Shown: one piece after another, positions 8,421 through 18,170 of the stretch
Numbering within the stretch: position 1 is the stretch's first letter
Layout of the letters: the number at the start of each line of letters is the position of its first letter
Assembly (NCBI GenBank): GCA_964558915.1
Contig: CAZLFV010000004.1
Span: forward strand, 643 to 64,642
Length of the DNA stretch: 64,000 nt
Origin: an uncultured Eubacteriales bacterium
GTDB taxonomy: Bacteria > Acidobacteriota > Aminicenantia > Aminicenantales > UBA8522
Direction: 5' to 3'
Position numbers and translations under genes: made by a program
The notes under the pieces: generated by a model
The model's input: only the letters and a program-made list of their open reading frames with translations
Told to the model about the DNA's origin: nothing
The model's database searches: none

Positions 8421-11276
8421 ATGAATAAACGGATCATTCTCTCCCTCATTTTGATCTCTGTATTCCTTACCCTCGGGGGGATCAATATCTACGAGAAGAT
8501 TGTCTGGAAGGAACCCACCGACGGGGCCGTTTGGCAAGAGAAATCAGGAAGGTTTGTCGCCACAAGTGTGGATCTCAACGGTCCTGCCTATCTCGCCGGG
8601 ATCAAGAAAGGAGATATCCTCTATTCTATTAATGACCTTCCCGTTACCAACAAAATTGATATCGCCAAAAGCTGTTGGACCGCCGGGACAACTGGGCAAA
8701 AGGTCAAGTATCAGATCAGCCGGGAGGGAGAGCTTCTTTTCCCCTCCTTTTTCCTGGCGTCCAAAGGCTCCAAGCTCGCTTATTTCTACCTCGCTCTGAT
8801 CGGACTCACCACTTTGATCATAGGTATCGTCGTTTTTTTCAATTCGAAAAAAACCTTCTCCCTGCCTTACCTTTATTTCTATCTCCTTTGCTTTGTCCTG
8901 TATTCCCTTTACGTCTTTTCCTCGACAGGACAAATGGATGTTCTCGACCGTATCTTTTATTGGTTGAACAAAATCGCCCTGCTGGTGTTTCCTCCGCTCT
9001 TGCTTCATTTCTTTCTCATCTTCCCCCAGCGCAAAAGAATCGCCAAGGAGAGAGCATCATCGATCTTCCTTTTCTATCTGCCGGCATTTCTTCTTCTTTT
9101 AGCTCACCTGGTTCTGTATCTTCCGTTTTCGCGAGGCTGGAATGACGGCGCAATTTTTTCCGCCTACAGCACTCTGGAAAGATTAGAAATATTCCATTTC
9201 GCCATTTTTACGATTATCACTCTCTTGGTGCTCGTCGGGAGCCTCCGCCAGCCGATCAATCTCTTGGTGGCAAAGCAGGTCCACTGGATTATCTCCGGGT
9301 TGGGAATTGGGTTTATTCCGTTTATCGTTTTCTATGTTGGGCCCTATGCTCTGGGACACGTCCCTTCGTCCTTTAGCGAGCTGACCATTCTTTTTCAAGC
9401 CCTGATTCCGCTGACTTTTGCTTATTCTGTTTCCCGATACAAACTTATGGATTTCGAGGTGCTGCTTAAAAAGGCCGCCACTCTTATTTTTTCCTACTTC
9501 GTCCTAGCCTGCCTGTATATTGTCCTGAGCTCGCAGACTGAAATGTTCTCAGAGAACAAGCTCAACGTGCTCATCCTCGGGGTTCTGGCCATGATTCTTG
9601 GAGCGACGCTCTTTACGCCGCTGAAAAAGCTGTTTGCCGCTCTTTTTGACAGATTCTTTTATAAGCGGGCGTATAAATACCGGAAAACTCTTCTCTTCAT
9701 CAGCAAAGAGCTCAGCCGGGAAAGAAACCTTCAGCGACTCTCCCAATCGCTCACCGACCTCATCGCCAATGCTCTCTCCCTCAAGAGCCTGGCCCTGCTG
9801 CTTTATCAGGAAGACGGAGGCCAAACATTTCTTGTCTCCAGCTATAAGGGGGAGTCCGCCACGTTCCCCCAAACGATCACTCTTCATCCACAGTTTTGCC
9901 AGGAACTCAAGCAGAAGGACTTAATTTCCTTCGATTCCTTCTCCGATAGAAAAGAGCTTCAGATAGGGGCGGAAATTTCCTCAAGGCTGGGGTTCGCCCA
10001 TTTTCTTCCTCTCAAGGTCGAGGAAAAGCTCGTCGGCTGCCTGGCCATGGGGAAGAAGATCGACAACTCCTTCTTGAACAGCGAAGACTGGGAGTTGCTG
10101 ACGACCATATCCTCGCCGGTTAGCCTGGCCATTGAAAATGCTTCTCTCTACCAACAGGCCAGTATCCGGGCTGTTGAACTCGAGAGGCTCAAAGATTACA
10201 GCGAGAATATTATCGAAAGCCTGACGGTTGGAGTGGCCGTGCTCAACCAAAACGGTGCGGTCATCGGCTGGAACCGAGTCATGGAAAGAATCTTCTCGAT
10301 GGAGAAACAGGAGGCCCTGGGGCGAGGGCTTCGGGACGTCCTCGGACCAAAGAATTTTCTGGCGCTCTTTCCTCCGGACACCCAGCAAGACTTTCGGCTC
10401 CTTGGCGAGATCACTCTGGAAATGCCCCAGGGGGAACACAAAATTTTTGACATTGCCAAAACTCCTCTCCTAGACAACACCATGAATCCCTACGGAACCA
10501 TTGTCGTCTTTGAAGATATCACCGAGAAGATCCGCCTTCAGCAGCAGCTCGTGACCTCGGAAAAACTCGCCTCCATCGGGTTGCTTTCGGCGGGAGTGGC
10601 CCACGAAATCAACACCCCCCTGACCGGAATATCGAGCTATATCCAGCTCCTCCAGAAAAAGATGACCGATTCCCATTACGTCCAGATCCTGGGCAAAATC
10701 GAAGCCCAGACAGAGCGGGTTTCAAAGATCATCAAGAACCTTCTCAATTTCGCCCGCAATCCTTCAGAATCGGCCTTTCATAAAGTTAACATTGTGGACA
10801 GCCTTCAAGAGATCATCTCTCTCATTGACTATAAACTGAAGGCAATGAACATCAAACTGGACATGGACCTGACGCCGGTCCAGCTCATCTGGGCCCAGAA
10901 TGAACGGCTGCAGCAAGTGTTCATCAATATCATCCTGAATGCTTTGGACGCCATGCCCAAGGGGGGGACCTTGAAAATCGGTGTCTCTAGGCAAGACAAT
11001 GTTGTCATGATCAAAATCGCCGACACGGGCGCAGGGATCAAAAAACAGCATCTCCCCCACATCTTCGACCCCTTTTTCACAACCAAGGGCCTCGGCAAGG
11101 GAACCGGTCTGGGCTTGTCGATTTCCTACGCCATCATCAAAGAGCACGAAGGCCATATCGCCGTGGACAGCGAGGTGGGGAAGGGAACCTGCTTCACGAT
11201 TTCTATCCCGGCCGACCTTGAGTTGAAAAAAACAAAACCCAGGTCCTCTGATATCCGGAACTCAAATGCCAGATAA
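8421..11276 (+). CDS. Sensor histidine kinase with N-terminal PDZ, polytopic membrane region, GAF, PAS, HisKA and HATPase domains
   Basis: PDZ-like segment (VDLNGPAYLAGIKKGDILYSINDLPV). About 9 predicted TM helices. GAF-like and PAS regions. H-box GVAHEINTPL. N and G boxes (NIILNALDAM, DTGAGI, GTGLGLS). ATG at 8421 is preferred over the track's TTG at 8406. Confidence 0.9.
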   Translation: MNKRIILSLILISVFLTLGGINIYEKIVWKEPTDGAVWQEKSGRFVATSVDLNGPAYLAGIKKGDILYSINDLPVTNKIDIAKSCWTAGTTGQKVKYQISREGELLFPSFFLASKGSKLAYFYLALIGLTTLIIGIVVFFNSKKTFSLPYLYFYLLCFVLYSLYVFSSTGQMDVLDRIFYWLNKIALLVFPPLLLHFFLIFPQRKRIAKERASSIFLFYLPAFLLLLAHLVLYLPFSRGWNDGAIFSAYSTLERLEIFHFAIFTIITLLVLVGSLRQPINLLVAKQVHWIISGLGIGFIPFIVFYVGPYALGHVPSSFSELTILFQALIPLTFAYSVSRYKLMDFEVLLKKAATLIFSYFVLACLYIVLSSQTEMFSENKLNVLILGVLAMILGATLFTPLKKLFAALFDRFFYKRAYKYRKTLLFISKELSRERNLQRLSQSLTDLIANALSLKSLALLLYQEDGGQTFLVSSYKGESATFPQTITLHPQFCQELKQKDLISFDSFSDRKELQIGAEISSRLGFAHFLPLKVEEKLVGCLAMGKKIDNSFLNSEDWELLTTISSPVSLAIENASLYQQASIRAVELERLKDYSENIIESLTVGVAVLNQNGAVIGWNRVMERIFSMEKQEALGRGLRDVLGPKNFLALFPPDTQQDFRLLGEITLEMPQGEHKIFDIAKTPLLDNTMNPYGTIVVFEDITEKIRLQQQLVTSEKLASIGLLSAGVAHEINTPLTGISSYIQLLQKKMTDSHYVQILGKIEAQTERVSKIIKNLLNFARNPSESAFHKVNIVDSLQEIISLIDYKLKAMNIKLDMDLTPVQLIWAQNERLQQVFINIILNALDAMPKGGTLKIGVSRQDNVVMIKIADTGAGIKKQHLPHIFDPFFTTKGLGKGTGLGLSISYAIIKEHEGHIAVDSEVGKGTCFTISIPADLELKKTKPRSSDIRNSNAR

Positions 11277-12660
11277 AGGGACTATTCATGTTATTGACGA
11301 TGAACCGATTATCCACGAGGTTTTGAGCCAGTTATTGACCTCGGAAGGATATGATATCGAGATTTCATCGTCTGGCGAAGAGGCCCTAGAGAAGCATTCC
11401 TCGCAAGCCTACGACGCGGTCCTTTTGGACCTCCTGATGCCAGGTCTCAGCGGCATCGAAGTCCTCAAGGGAATAAAGAAAATTGACCCCCAGGCCAGCA
11501 TTATTATCATTACGGCCTACGCCTCCGTGGAATCCGCTATTGCCGCCATGAAAATAGGGGCCTACGATTATATTCAAAAGCCTTTTAAGCACGACGAACT
11601 GCTCCTGACGATCGAAAGAGCTCTAGAGCACAAACACCTGCAAAATGAAAATATCCGGCTGAAAGACGAACTCACCCGGAAATTCGGGTTTGACAACATC
11701 ATCGGCAAGAGCGCTCCAATGCTCAAGATTTTCGAGTTGATCAAGGCCGCGGCGCCGACCCGGAGCACGATTCTGATTCAGGGCGAGAGCGGCACGGGCA
11801 AGGAGTTGGTGGCCCGGGCCATCCATCAGAACAGCGACCGGAGGAACTATCCGTTTATCGTTGTCAACAGCGGCGCCCTTCCTCCGGACCTCCTCGAAAG
11901 TCACCTTTTCGGCCATGTGAAGGGCGCATTCACTGGAGCCGTTAGTCAGAAAAAGGGACTCTTTGAGGAAGCAGACAAGGGGAGCATCTTTTTTGATGAG
12001 ATTTCTACGATCAGTCTAGAAACCCAGGCCAAGCTACTCCGAGTGATGCAGGACAAGGAATTCATGCGGCTGGGCGGGACGAAAACCATTGTGGTGGATA
12101 CACGCATCATCGCCGCTACGAACGCCGACCTGGAAGAATTCATCGCTCAGAAGCGCTTTCGTCAAGACCTGTTTTACCGGCTGAATGTTATCAAGATTGA
12201 ACTGCCCCCCTTGCGAGCACGGAGGGAAGACATCCCTCTCCTCGTCAGGCACTTTGTGGACATTTACAGCCGGGAAAACGAGAAGAAAATCGAGAGCGTG
12301 ACCGAAGATGTCATGGAGATTTTAGAAGCTTATGACTGGCCGGGAAATGTCCGGGAGCTGGAAAATTTGATCGAGCGAGCCATTGTCCTGACAAAATCGA
12401 GCCTGATCACCCGGAATAGCCTTCCTCCCTTCTTGTTAACAAATCAACCGGAAGGACCAGAGAGAGACATCCCCGAGGACGCCGAAGACAACTTGACCTT
12501 CAAAAAACAGACGCAAATCTACCAGAAAAAAATCATCCTCAACGCTCTGAGGAAAGCGAAAGGCGTCCAGAAAAAAGCCGCCAAATCCTTGGGATTGAAG
12601 CCGACGACGCTCAACGAAATCATCAAGAGACTCAGGATCAACCTGGACACTTTCTCTTGA
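11266..12660 (+). CDS. sigma-54-dependent response regulator (NtrC/PilR family)
   Basis: Receiver domain (DAVLLDLLMPGLSG). AAA+ with GESGTGKE and a GAFTGA loop. C-terminal Fis-type HTH. 11-nt overlap with the kinase gene. Confidence 0.92.
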   Translation: MPDKGTIHVIDDEPIIHEVLSQLLTSEGYDIEISSSGEEALEKHSSQAYDAVLLDLLMPGLSGIEVLKGIKKIDPQASIIIITAYASVESAIAAMKIGAYDYIQKPFKHDELLLTIERALEHKHLQNENIRLKDELTRKFGFDNIIGKSAPMLKIFELIKAAAPTRSTILIQGESGTGKELVARAIHQNSDRRNYPFIVVNSGALPPDLLESHLFGHVKGAFTGAVSQKKGLFEEADKGSIFFDEISTISLETQAKLLRVMQDKEFMRLGGTKTIVVDTRIIAATNADLEEFIAQKRFRQDLFYRLNVIKIELPPLRARREDIPLLVRHFVDIYSRENEKKIESVTEDVMEILEAYDWPGNVRELENLIERAIVLTKSSLITRNSLPPFLLTNQPEGPERDIPEDAEDNLTFKKQTQIYQKKIILNALRKAKGVQKKAAKSLGLKPTTLNEIIKRLRINLDTFS

Positions 12661-12665
12661 TGAGA

Positions 12666-15356
12666 TTACCCCTTGACCAAAGTCAATTTGCCCGGAACAG
12701 CTTTGTCCGGGTTGATTCTGACTTTTTTAATCTGTTCCAAGACTGGTATCTCAAATTCCTGAATTTTCTTATCGATGATCAGCATTTCTCGATGGACAGC
12801 TCCCCGGGGGTTCTCCGACCATTCCAGCCATAAAGGAAAAGCAAATACCTTATTATCTTGTTCCACCCTGACCTTAAGAAAATCCCCCGCCTCCTTTTTT
12901 TGGACAAGATGAGTCACCCGAACTTCCGGAAGGAAGTATGAATTGAACCAGCCAGAGAAAAAGACGTCCAGGTCTCTCCCCGAAATCTCTTCCATGACTT
13001 TCTTGAACTGCCCCGTTGTGGCCGCGGAATACTTGTGTCGCCCAAAGAATTCCTGGAGTCCGGCAAAAAATGCCTTATCCCCCATAAGGTCCCGCAGCAT
13101 GTTGAGGGCAAGGGAACTCTTGTCATAAATGATAGTTTGGTAGGCCTCAAAGTCAAAATAGCTGAGACGCGAGCCCAATGTTATGGGGCCCCATTGGGTT
13201 TTCCTTTCGACCCATTTCGAGAACTTCTTGAGAATGGAAGAATACGCTCCATCCCTGTGTTCCGATTGCAGGTACAGAGCCGCAGAGAATTGGGCCAACC
13301 CCTCGCTCAGCCACTGGTCCCTGTAAGTGGCCCAGGTCACCCCCTGACCCCACCATTGGTGGGCGATTTCATGCGCCAGAAAATACTCCTCCCATTGCAC
13401 CAGGTCCACCGGGCTGTTTTTGTCCGTGACAAGATTCGTTTGAGGCCTGTCATCTAGACTGCGGGGCAGCTCGTTCAAGACAATAAAAGTCGCCGGGCTG
13501 TGACCGCCGGCACTCCGCCAGAGCCTCTGGATGATGCGCAAGCTTTCATAGGGATAGGGGCCAAACCGGCTCTCATAGAACTTAAGAATCTTCTGCGTTT
13601 CCTCCAAGAAATTCTTCTTGAGCCAGTGGACATCAGAGGCCACGTAAGTGCGCAGCACGGGGGAGCCGGACCTTTCCTCACTTAAGGACAACTTCCCGAC
13701 CAGGAAAGACAAATATTTCACCGGCTGATTTGTCTCAAAAACCGAGCACACGCTGCCCATCTTATCGAATTCCGTAACCCGCTGCATGCCATTCAGTGTG
13801 CCTTGTTCAAGCAGGACGCCGCTGGCCACCGAAGAATATTCCGGGGGGACGATAATTTTCAGGCGGGCGGTGAAATAGTCTTCGTCTGGAGGAGACGGAT
13901 ACCAGTGGGCGACCTGGGTGAAAAGATAGGTCTCATAACGGGGCGCAAGGTAGACGACCAAGTCTGAGCCCGGAGGAACCGGGAAAGTATCCGCCATGGG
14001 CGGAGGCGGCTCCAATTTCCCCCGATAGAGAACCTCGATTGTGGCGCTCGTGTTTTTGGGAACAGACTCAAAAAAATAAACATAAAGGTTTTGCCCACCC
14101 TTGTCTTGGGTGAACAAGAGGTTTCTTTTTTCCTGATCATATATTCGGAGGATCTCGAGCGAAGGATTGAATTTCAACCTGACCGAATCCAGGTCCTCCG
14201 TCTGGGCTGTGACTCTGATATTGGCCTTAGCGGAAAGATAGAAACTCTGCGGCTCATAATCTAACTCGATCTGATAATGCTGGACGTCGAACTTTTGGCC
14301 GAAGGTGATGACCATCCTCTTTTTTTCTTTTTCGGCGCCGGGCGAGTAGATGCTGATGAATCGGTTTCGGGAACGTTCAAAGAGAGTGATTTCCTCATTT
14401 GCAAAAGGTGAATAAACATAGGCCAGGTCGCCTCCTTTCTTGCCGTGGAATTCGATCGCTGCCGCATCCGCTTGGGGCAAAAAGGAAAGCGCGTCGGGGC
14501 TCAAGGGACTCTGAATTGTATAGTAATGCAAATGATATTTCCTATGCAAAGAAGAGGCCTTGGCTTTTTTCGCCAGAGTGATTGGGTTGACTGGGTCAGC
14601 CGGCTCCCGTGTAATCTTTATGTTTTCCTTGAAAAAAGAATTGGAAAAGCGGAAATAAGCGTGGTCCATGGTATCGACAAGAGCCGTGTTCCCATAAATC
14701 AGTTCTAGCTGATGCTGTTCATTGGAATCAGAGGGCGAGAAGAAAAAGCGGCCCTCGCCCATAACTAGCAGAGCTGTCTCCAAATCGGGGATATTATCGT
14801 AAAATACGAGCGCATCCCTGAACGTCAGGGTCATGTCCACATGTCTGACCTCAATGGATTTTACTCTCTCGACGCGTTCCGAGGGGATCCCGATCTTGTA
14901 AAGCTGGCTGATGCCCCCCTTGTTCTTTTTCTCCTTAATTCTCCACTGGCCAGCAACATCGTCCAGGGCTAGTTGCCACGTCTCGACCAGTGCGGAATAG
15001 GAATTTTCGAAGATCACCTGAAGAAAAATCTTCGGCTTCTGCTGGTCGTAACTTCCCTTATTGGCCCAGTGGAGCGTCACAGTCTCCATTTTGAGACTAT
15101 CAAAGAACGTCGACAGCTCTTGTCTTTGATTCTCCTGCAATTCAGGAGAGAAGGCTTTCAGGTAGGACTCGAGATCGTGAGAATCGAGAGATTCTTGCAT
15201 CTCGGAGATAAAATCCTGGATGCTCTGGTGTTCCGCGGAAAAACAATAGACCGAGAAAAAGAAGATCCCGGCCAGGAGCAAGCAAGGGATATTTCTCACC
15301 TTTTTATTATAACAGAAACGAAATATCCGGCTCCAATTTTTGCCTGCACCTTCCAT
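12666..15356 (-). CDS. M1-family zinc metallopeptidase (aminopeptidase N-like), secreted or membrane-anchored
   Basis: HEIAHQWWG followed 18 residues later by E in WLSEGLAQF (HEXXH-X18-E gluzincin signature). N-terminal hydrophobic segment. A possible alternative GTG start at 15299 gives MRNIPCLLLAGIFFF. Confidence 0.9.
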   Translation of the reverse strand: MEGAGKNWSRIFRFCYNKKVRNIPCLLLAGIFFFSVYCFSAEHQSIQDFISEMQESLDSHDLESYLKAFSPELQENQRQELSTFFDSLKMETVTLHWANKGSYDQQKPKIFLQVIFENSYSALVETWQLALDDVAGQWRIKEKKNKGGISQLYKIGIPSERVERVKSIEVRHVDMTLTFRDALVFYDNIPDLETALLVMGEGRFFFSPSDSNEQHQLELIYGNTALVDTMDHAYFRFSNSFFKENIKITREPADPVNPITLAKKAKASSLHRKYHLHYYTIQSPLSPDALSFLPQADAAAIEFHGKKGGDLAYVYSPFANEEITLFERSRNRFISIYSPGAEKEKKRMVITFGQKFDVQHYQIELDYEPQSFYLSAKANIRVTAQTEDLDSVRLKFNPSLEILRIYDQEKRNLLFTQDKGGQNLYVYFFESVPKNTSATIEVLYRGKLEPPPPMADTFPVPPGSDLVVYLAPRYETYLFTQVAHWYPSPPDEDYFTARLKIIVPPEYSSVASGVLLEQGTLNGMQRVTEFDKMGSVCSVFETNQPVKYLSFLVGKLSLSEERSGSPVLRTYVASDVHWLKKNFLEETQKILKFYESRFGPYPYESLRIIQRLWRSAGGHSPATFIVLNELPRSLDDRPQTNLVTDKNSPVDLVQWEEYFLAHEIAHQWWGQGVTWATYRDQWLSEGLAQFSAALYLQSEHRDGAYSSILKKFSKWVERKTQWGPITLGSRLSYFDFEAYQTIIYDKSSLALNMLRDLMGDKAFFAGLQEFFGRHKYSAATTGQFKKVMEEISGRDLDVFFSGWFNSYFLPEVRVTHLVQKKEAGDFLKVRVEQDNKVFAFPLWLEWSENPRGAVHREMLIIDKKIQEFEIPVLEQIKKVRINPDKAVPGKLTLVKG

Positions 15357-15371
15357 CTCAATTCAACAAGA

Positions 15372-15386
15372 GCATTTTTTGTGCCA
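15372..15386 (-). promoter_or_regulatory. candidate sigma-54 (-24/-12) promoter upstream of the M1 peptidase gene
   Basis: The minus strand reads TGGCACaaaaaaTGC, which has the correct GG-N10-GC spacing and matches the TGGCAC-N5-TTGC consensus at 9 of 10 defined positions. It is the only such match I saw in an intergenic region. Confidence 0.3.
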
Positions 15387-15492
15387 ATGGAAAGCGCTTA
15401 TCTCTGACAATTCCCCCCTGTTGCTCAAACTGAGTAGGGACTGACTCGCTGGTGAACCGTAAAAAATTCTTACACGCTTGTCCAGTCCGTAT

Positions 15493-15933
15493 TTACCCGT
15501 TCCTCTTGTAACTCTCCTTTTTGAAATCCTCCTCCCATGTCACAAAGCTGTGGTAATAGATCGAGTCGCCTTCGTCAATGCCTCTCGTGATCTCAGTGAT
15601 ATGGGAGGTTGAGGACCCGAAAGCTTCCACCGCCAGGACAACCGCTTTCTCAGGGTCGACATGTTTGCCGCACGTGTATATGTCCAGAGCGACGTACCCG
15701 AATTCCGGCCAAGTATGGGTTGAAATATGGGATTCGGAGATGACGACAACCCCGCTGACACCGTGCGGGGGGAATTTGCTAAAGGAAATCGACCAGACCT
15801 GGGCACCGGCGATCTCCGCCGCCTTGACCAGGATCTGCTGCACCTTTTCAACACTGCCGATAATATTCGGGTCACAGCCTGAGGACTCGACAATATAATG
15901 ACGGCCGATCGTTTCGTGAATGTTCTTAGCCAT
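15493..15933 (-). CDS. speH: S-adenosylmethionine decarboxylase proenzyme (pyruvoyl-dependent, class 1)
   Basis: 146 aa. The self-cleavage region VVISESHISTHTWPEFGYVALDIYTCG is diagnostic for the family. Confidence 0.88.
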   Translation of the reverse strand: MAKNIHETIGRHYIVESSGCDPNIIGSVEKVQQILVKAAEIAGAQVWSISFSKFPPHGVSGVVVISESHISTHTWPEFGYVALDIYTCGKHVDPEKAVVLAVEAFGSSTSHITEITRGIDEGDSIYYHSFVTWEEDFKKESYKRNG

Positions 15934-16006
15934 TGTTCCTCTCCTTTACAGCTTTATAACTTAGGCTCTATTTCCCCTTCTGTCAACAGCTTCCTCAGCC
16001 CGATTC

Positions 16007-16450
16007 TTAGACCGGGACGCGCTTCTCTTCCTTAACCACGTTCAAGACGATATGGGTGACGGTCCTGTCCACAAAAGGCAGGGAAAGAACGCCTTTAATG
16101 AAGTTGTTGAGATCATCCCGGCCGCGGAATATTCCAATAATCATGGAGTCCCATTCCCCGGTGATGTCATAGACTGCGGCGACCCTACGGTCTTCCGAGA
16201 TCTTCTGCTGGGTTTCGAGGAGTTTTCCCTTGGTGATGCGGAGCGCGATGAGGGCTATCAAATCCCAGCCAAAATGCCCGGCGCTGACAATAGGAATATA
16301 ACCCTTGATTACGCCGGCATCCTCGAGCCTCCTGACCTTATTAATTACAGCTGTGGGAGAAGTGCCCACTTCTTTGGCAATCTCCCGAAAACTCTTGCGG
16401 GCATTCTGATTCATCGACCGGACAATCTTCGTCTCGAGTTCGTCAATCAT
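16007..16450 (-). CDS. Lrp/AsnC-family transcriptional regulator
   Basis: 147 aa. N-terminal HTH (ARKSFREIAKEVGTSPTAVINKVRRLEDAGVIKGY) plus a C-terminal RAM/AsnC_trans_reg domain. Confidence 0.88.
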   Translation of the reverse strand: MIDELETKIVRSMNQNARKSFREIAKEVGTSPTAVINKVRRLEDAGVIKGYIPIVSAGHFGWDLIALIALRITKGKLLETQQKISEDRRVAAVYDITGEWDSMIIGIFRGRDDLNNFIKGVLSLPFVDRTVTHIVLNVVKEEKRVPV

Positions 16451-16521
16451 AAAGCCCTCCTTGCATTTGAACCTAATAATGAATTAAATAATATCATTTG
16501 AAATAAACTATAACAAGTATA

Positions 16522-16556
16522 TTGACAAATGTAACGTTTTGTGCAAATATTTCACA
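16522..16556 (+). promoter_or_regulatory. candidate glnA promoter with overlapping 17-bp imperfect palindrome (GlnR/TnrA-box-like)
   Basis: TTGACA (16522-16527), 17 nt, AAATAT (16545-16550). TGTGCAAATATTTCACA (16540-16556) has TGTG..CACA symmetry and overlaps the -10. It lies in an AT-rich 230-bp gap between the divergent lrp-like gene and glnA. Confidence 0.3.
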
Positions 16557-16680
16557 CAATGTTAATGAGGCGATTTTTGGCGCGTCCAGAGTCCATCTTA
16601 GAAAATTGCTCTCCCAAGGTCAAGGAAATCGAACGAGTAGCGTATTGCGCTTTATGGAAACTTAAACAAAGGAGGCCAGC

Positions 16681-18087
16681 ATGCCAAGAACAGTGAAGGA
16701 TCTGAACAGAACCTTCGGGTTTAAAACTGAGAAAGAGGTCCTGGATTACGTTTTGAACCCGGCCAATAAGGTCGAGTTTATCCGAGTCCATTTCCCTGAT
16801 ATCCTCGGGCGACCAATGGATTTCTCGTTCCCCAGTGATGAGCTGGAAAAGGCTTTTCAGGAAGGGAAGGGGTTCGACGGATCCTCCGTGGAGGGTTTTG
16901 TCCGGATCGAAGAAAGCGACCTGGTGATTCGGCCGGAACCCCATACATTCCGCGTCCTGCCGTGGGAATATCAGGGCTTCTCGGAGGACATCTCCTGGCG
17001 GGAGGGGATCATGTTCGGAGATATCCTCACGCCCGAAGGGGGGCACTATGAGGGCGATACACGCTATGTCCTCAAAAAAACCCTGGAAAGGGCCAAAAAA
17101 GAATATGACATCGATGACTTCAAAGTAGGGCCGGAGCTAGAGTTTTTTATCTTTCCGAGCGATAAAAATACAAGCTTCAGCGATGAGGGAGGATATTTCT
17201 TCAGCGGAAAGTATGGAGGTATCCGTAAGGAAATTCAGCTTCTTCTCAAAAAGATAGGTATCGCCTCAGAATATGATCACCATGAAGTCGCCCATGGCCA
17301 GCACGAGATCGACTTGAAGTATCAGGGCGCTATGGAGATGGCTGACACCGGAATGCTCTTCCGCTACATGGTCAAAAAGGTCAGCCGCATGCATAACCTC
17401 TATGCCAGCTTCATGCCTAAACCTCTGAACGGTCAGAATGGGAGCGGAATGCACGTCCATCAGTCCCTCTGGAAGGCCGGAAAAAATATTTTCTTTGCGC
17501 CCAAGAACCACTACCACCTATCTGAAGCAGCCCAGCATTATATGGCCGGGCTAATCGTCCATGCTCGAGAAATCTCCGCCGTCCTCAGCCAATGGGTCAA
17601 CTCGTACAAGCGGCTAATCGAGGGCTATGAGGCGCCTGTCTATATTGCCTGGGGTCAAAGAAACAGGTCCGCCTACATCCGAGTCCCCGAATACCAGCCG
17701 GGCAAAGAAAGAGCCACCCGCCTAGAGCTCCGCTCGCCAGACCCGGCCTGTAACCTTTACCTCGCCTTCGCCGTCATGCTCAGGGCCGGACTTGAAGGGA
17801 TCAAGAACAGCTACGCGCTTCCCAATCCTGTGGAAGAGAACATCTATGAGATGAGCCCGACCCGTCAAAAAAAGTTTGAGATACGAATCCTGCCGCGAGA
17901 TCTGGAAGAAGCGGTTAAGCTCATGGAAAAGAGCCACCTTCTCGAAGAGACCCTCGGAGGCCACATCTTCAGCAGGTTCATCGCCAATAAAAAAGCCGAG
18001 ATTGAGGAATACAATGTCAATGTCTCGGGCGAGTTTGAAAAGCAGGTGAGCGAATACGAAATAAAAAAATATCTGCCGTTTCTTTAA
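16681..18087 (+). CDS. glnA: glutamine synthetase, type I
   Basis: 468 aa. GSGMHVHQS motif, NSYKRL, and the beta-grasp N-terminal domain. Strong family resemblance throughout. Confidence 0.95.
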   Translation: MPRTVKDLNRTFGFKTEKEVLDYVLNPANKVEFIRVHFPDILGRPMDFSFPSDELEKAFQEGKGFDGSSVEGFVRIEESDLVIRPEPHTFRVLPWEYQGFSEDISWREGIMFGDILTPEGGHYEGDTRYVLKKTLERAKKEYDIDDFKVGPELEFFIFPSDKNTSFSDEGGYFFSGKYGGIRKEIQLLLKKIGIASEYDHHEVAHGQHEIDLKYQGAMEMADTGMLFRYMVKKVSRMHNLYASFMPKPLNGQNGSGMHVHQSLWKAGKNIFFAPKNHYHLSEAAQHYMAGLIVHAREISAVLSQWVNSYKRLIEGYEAPVYIAWGQRNRSAYIRVPEYQPGKERATRLELRSPDPACNLYLAFAVMLRAGLEGIKNSYALPNPVEENIYEMSPTRQKKFEIRILPRDLEEAVKLMEKSHLLEETLGGHIFSRFIANKKAEIEEYNVNVSGEFEKQVSEYEIKKYLPFL

Positions 18088-18170
18088 GCTTGGAAGGCGG
18101 AAGCAGCAAATCTCTTTGGGGGTGCTATGCAATTATTCATATCAACTCCGTATGCGAGATCACATCCCCT

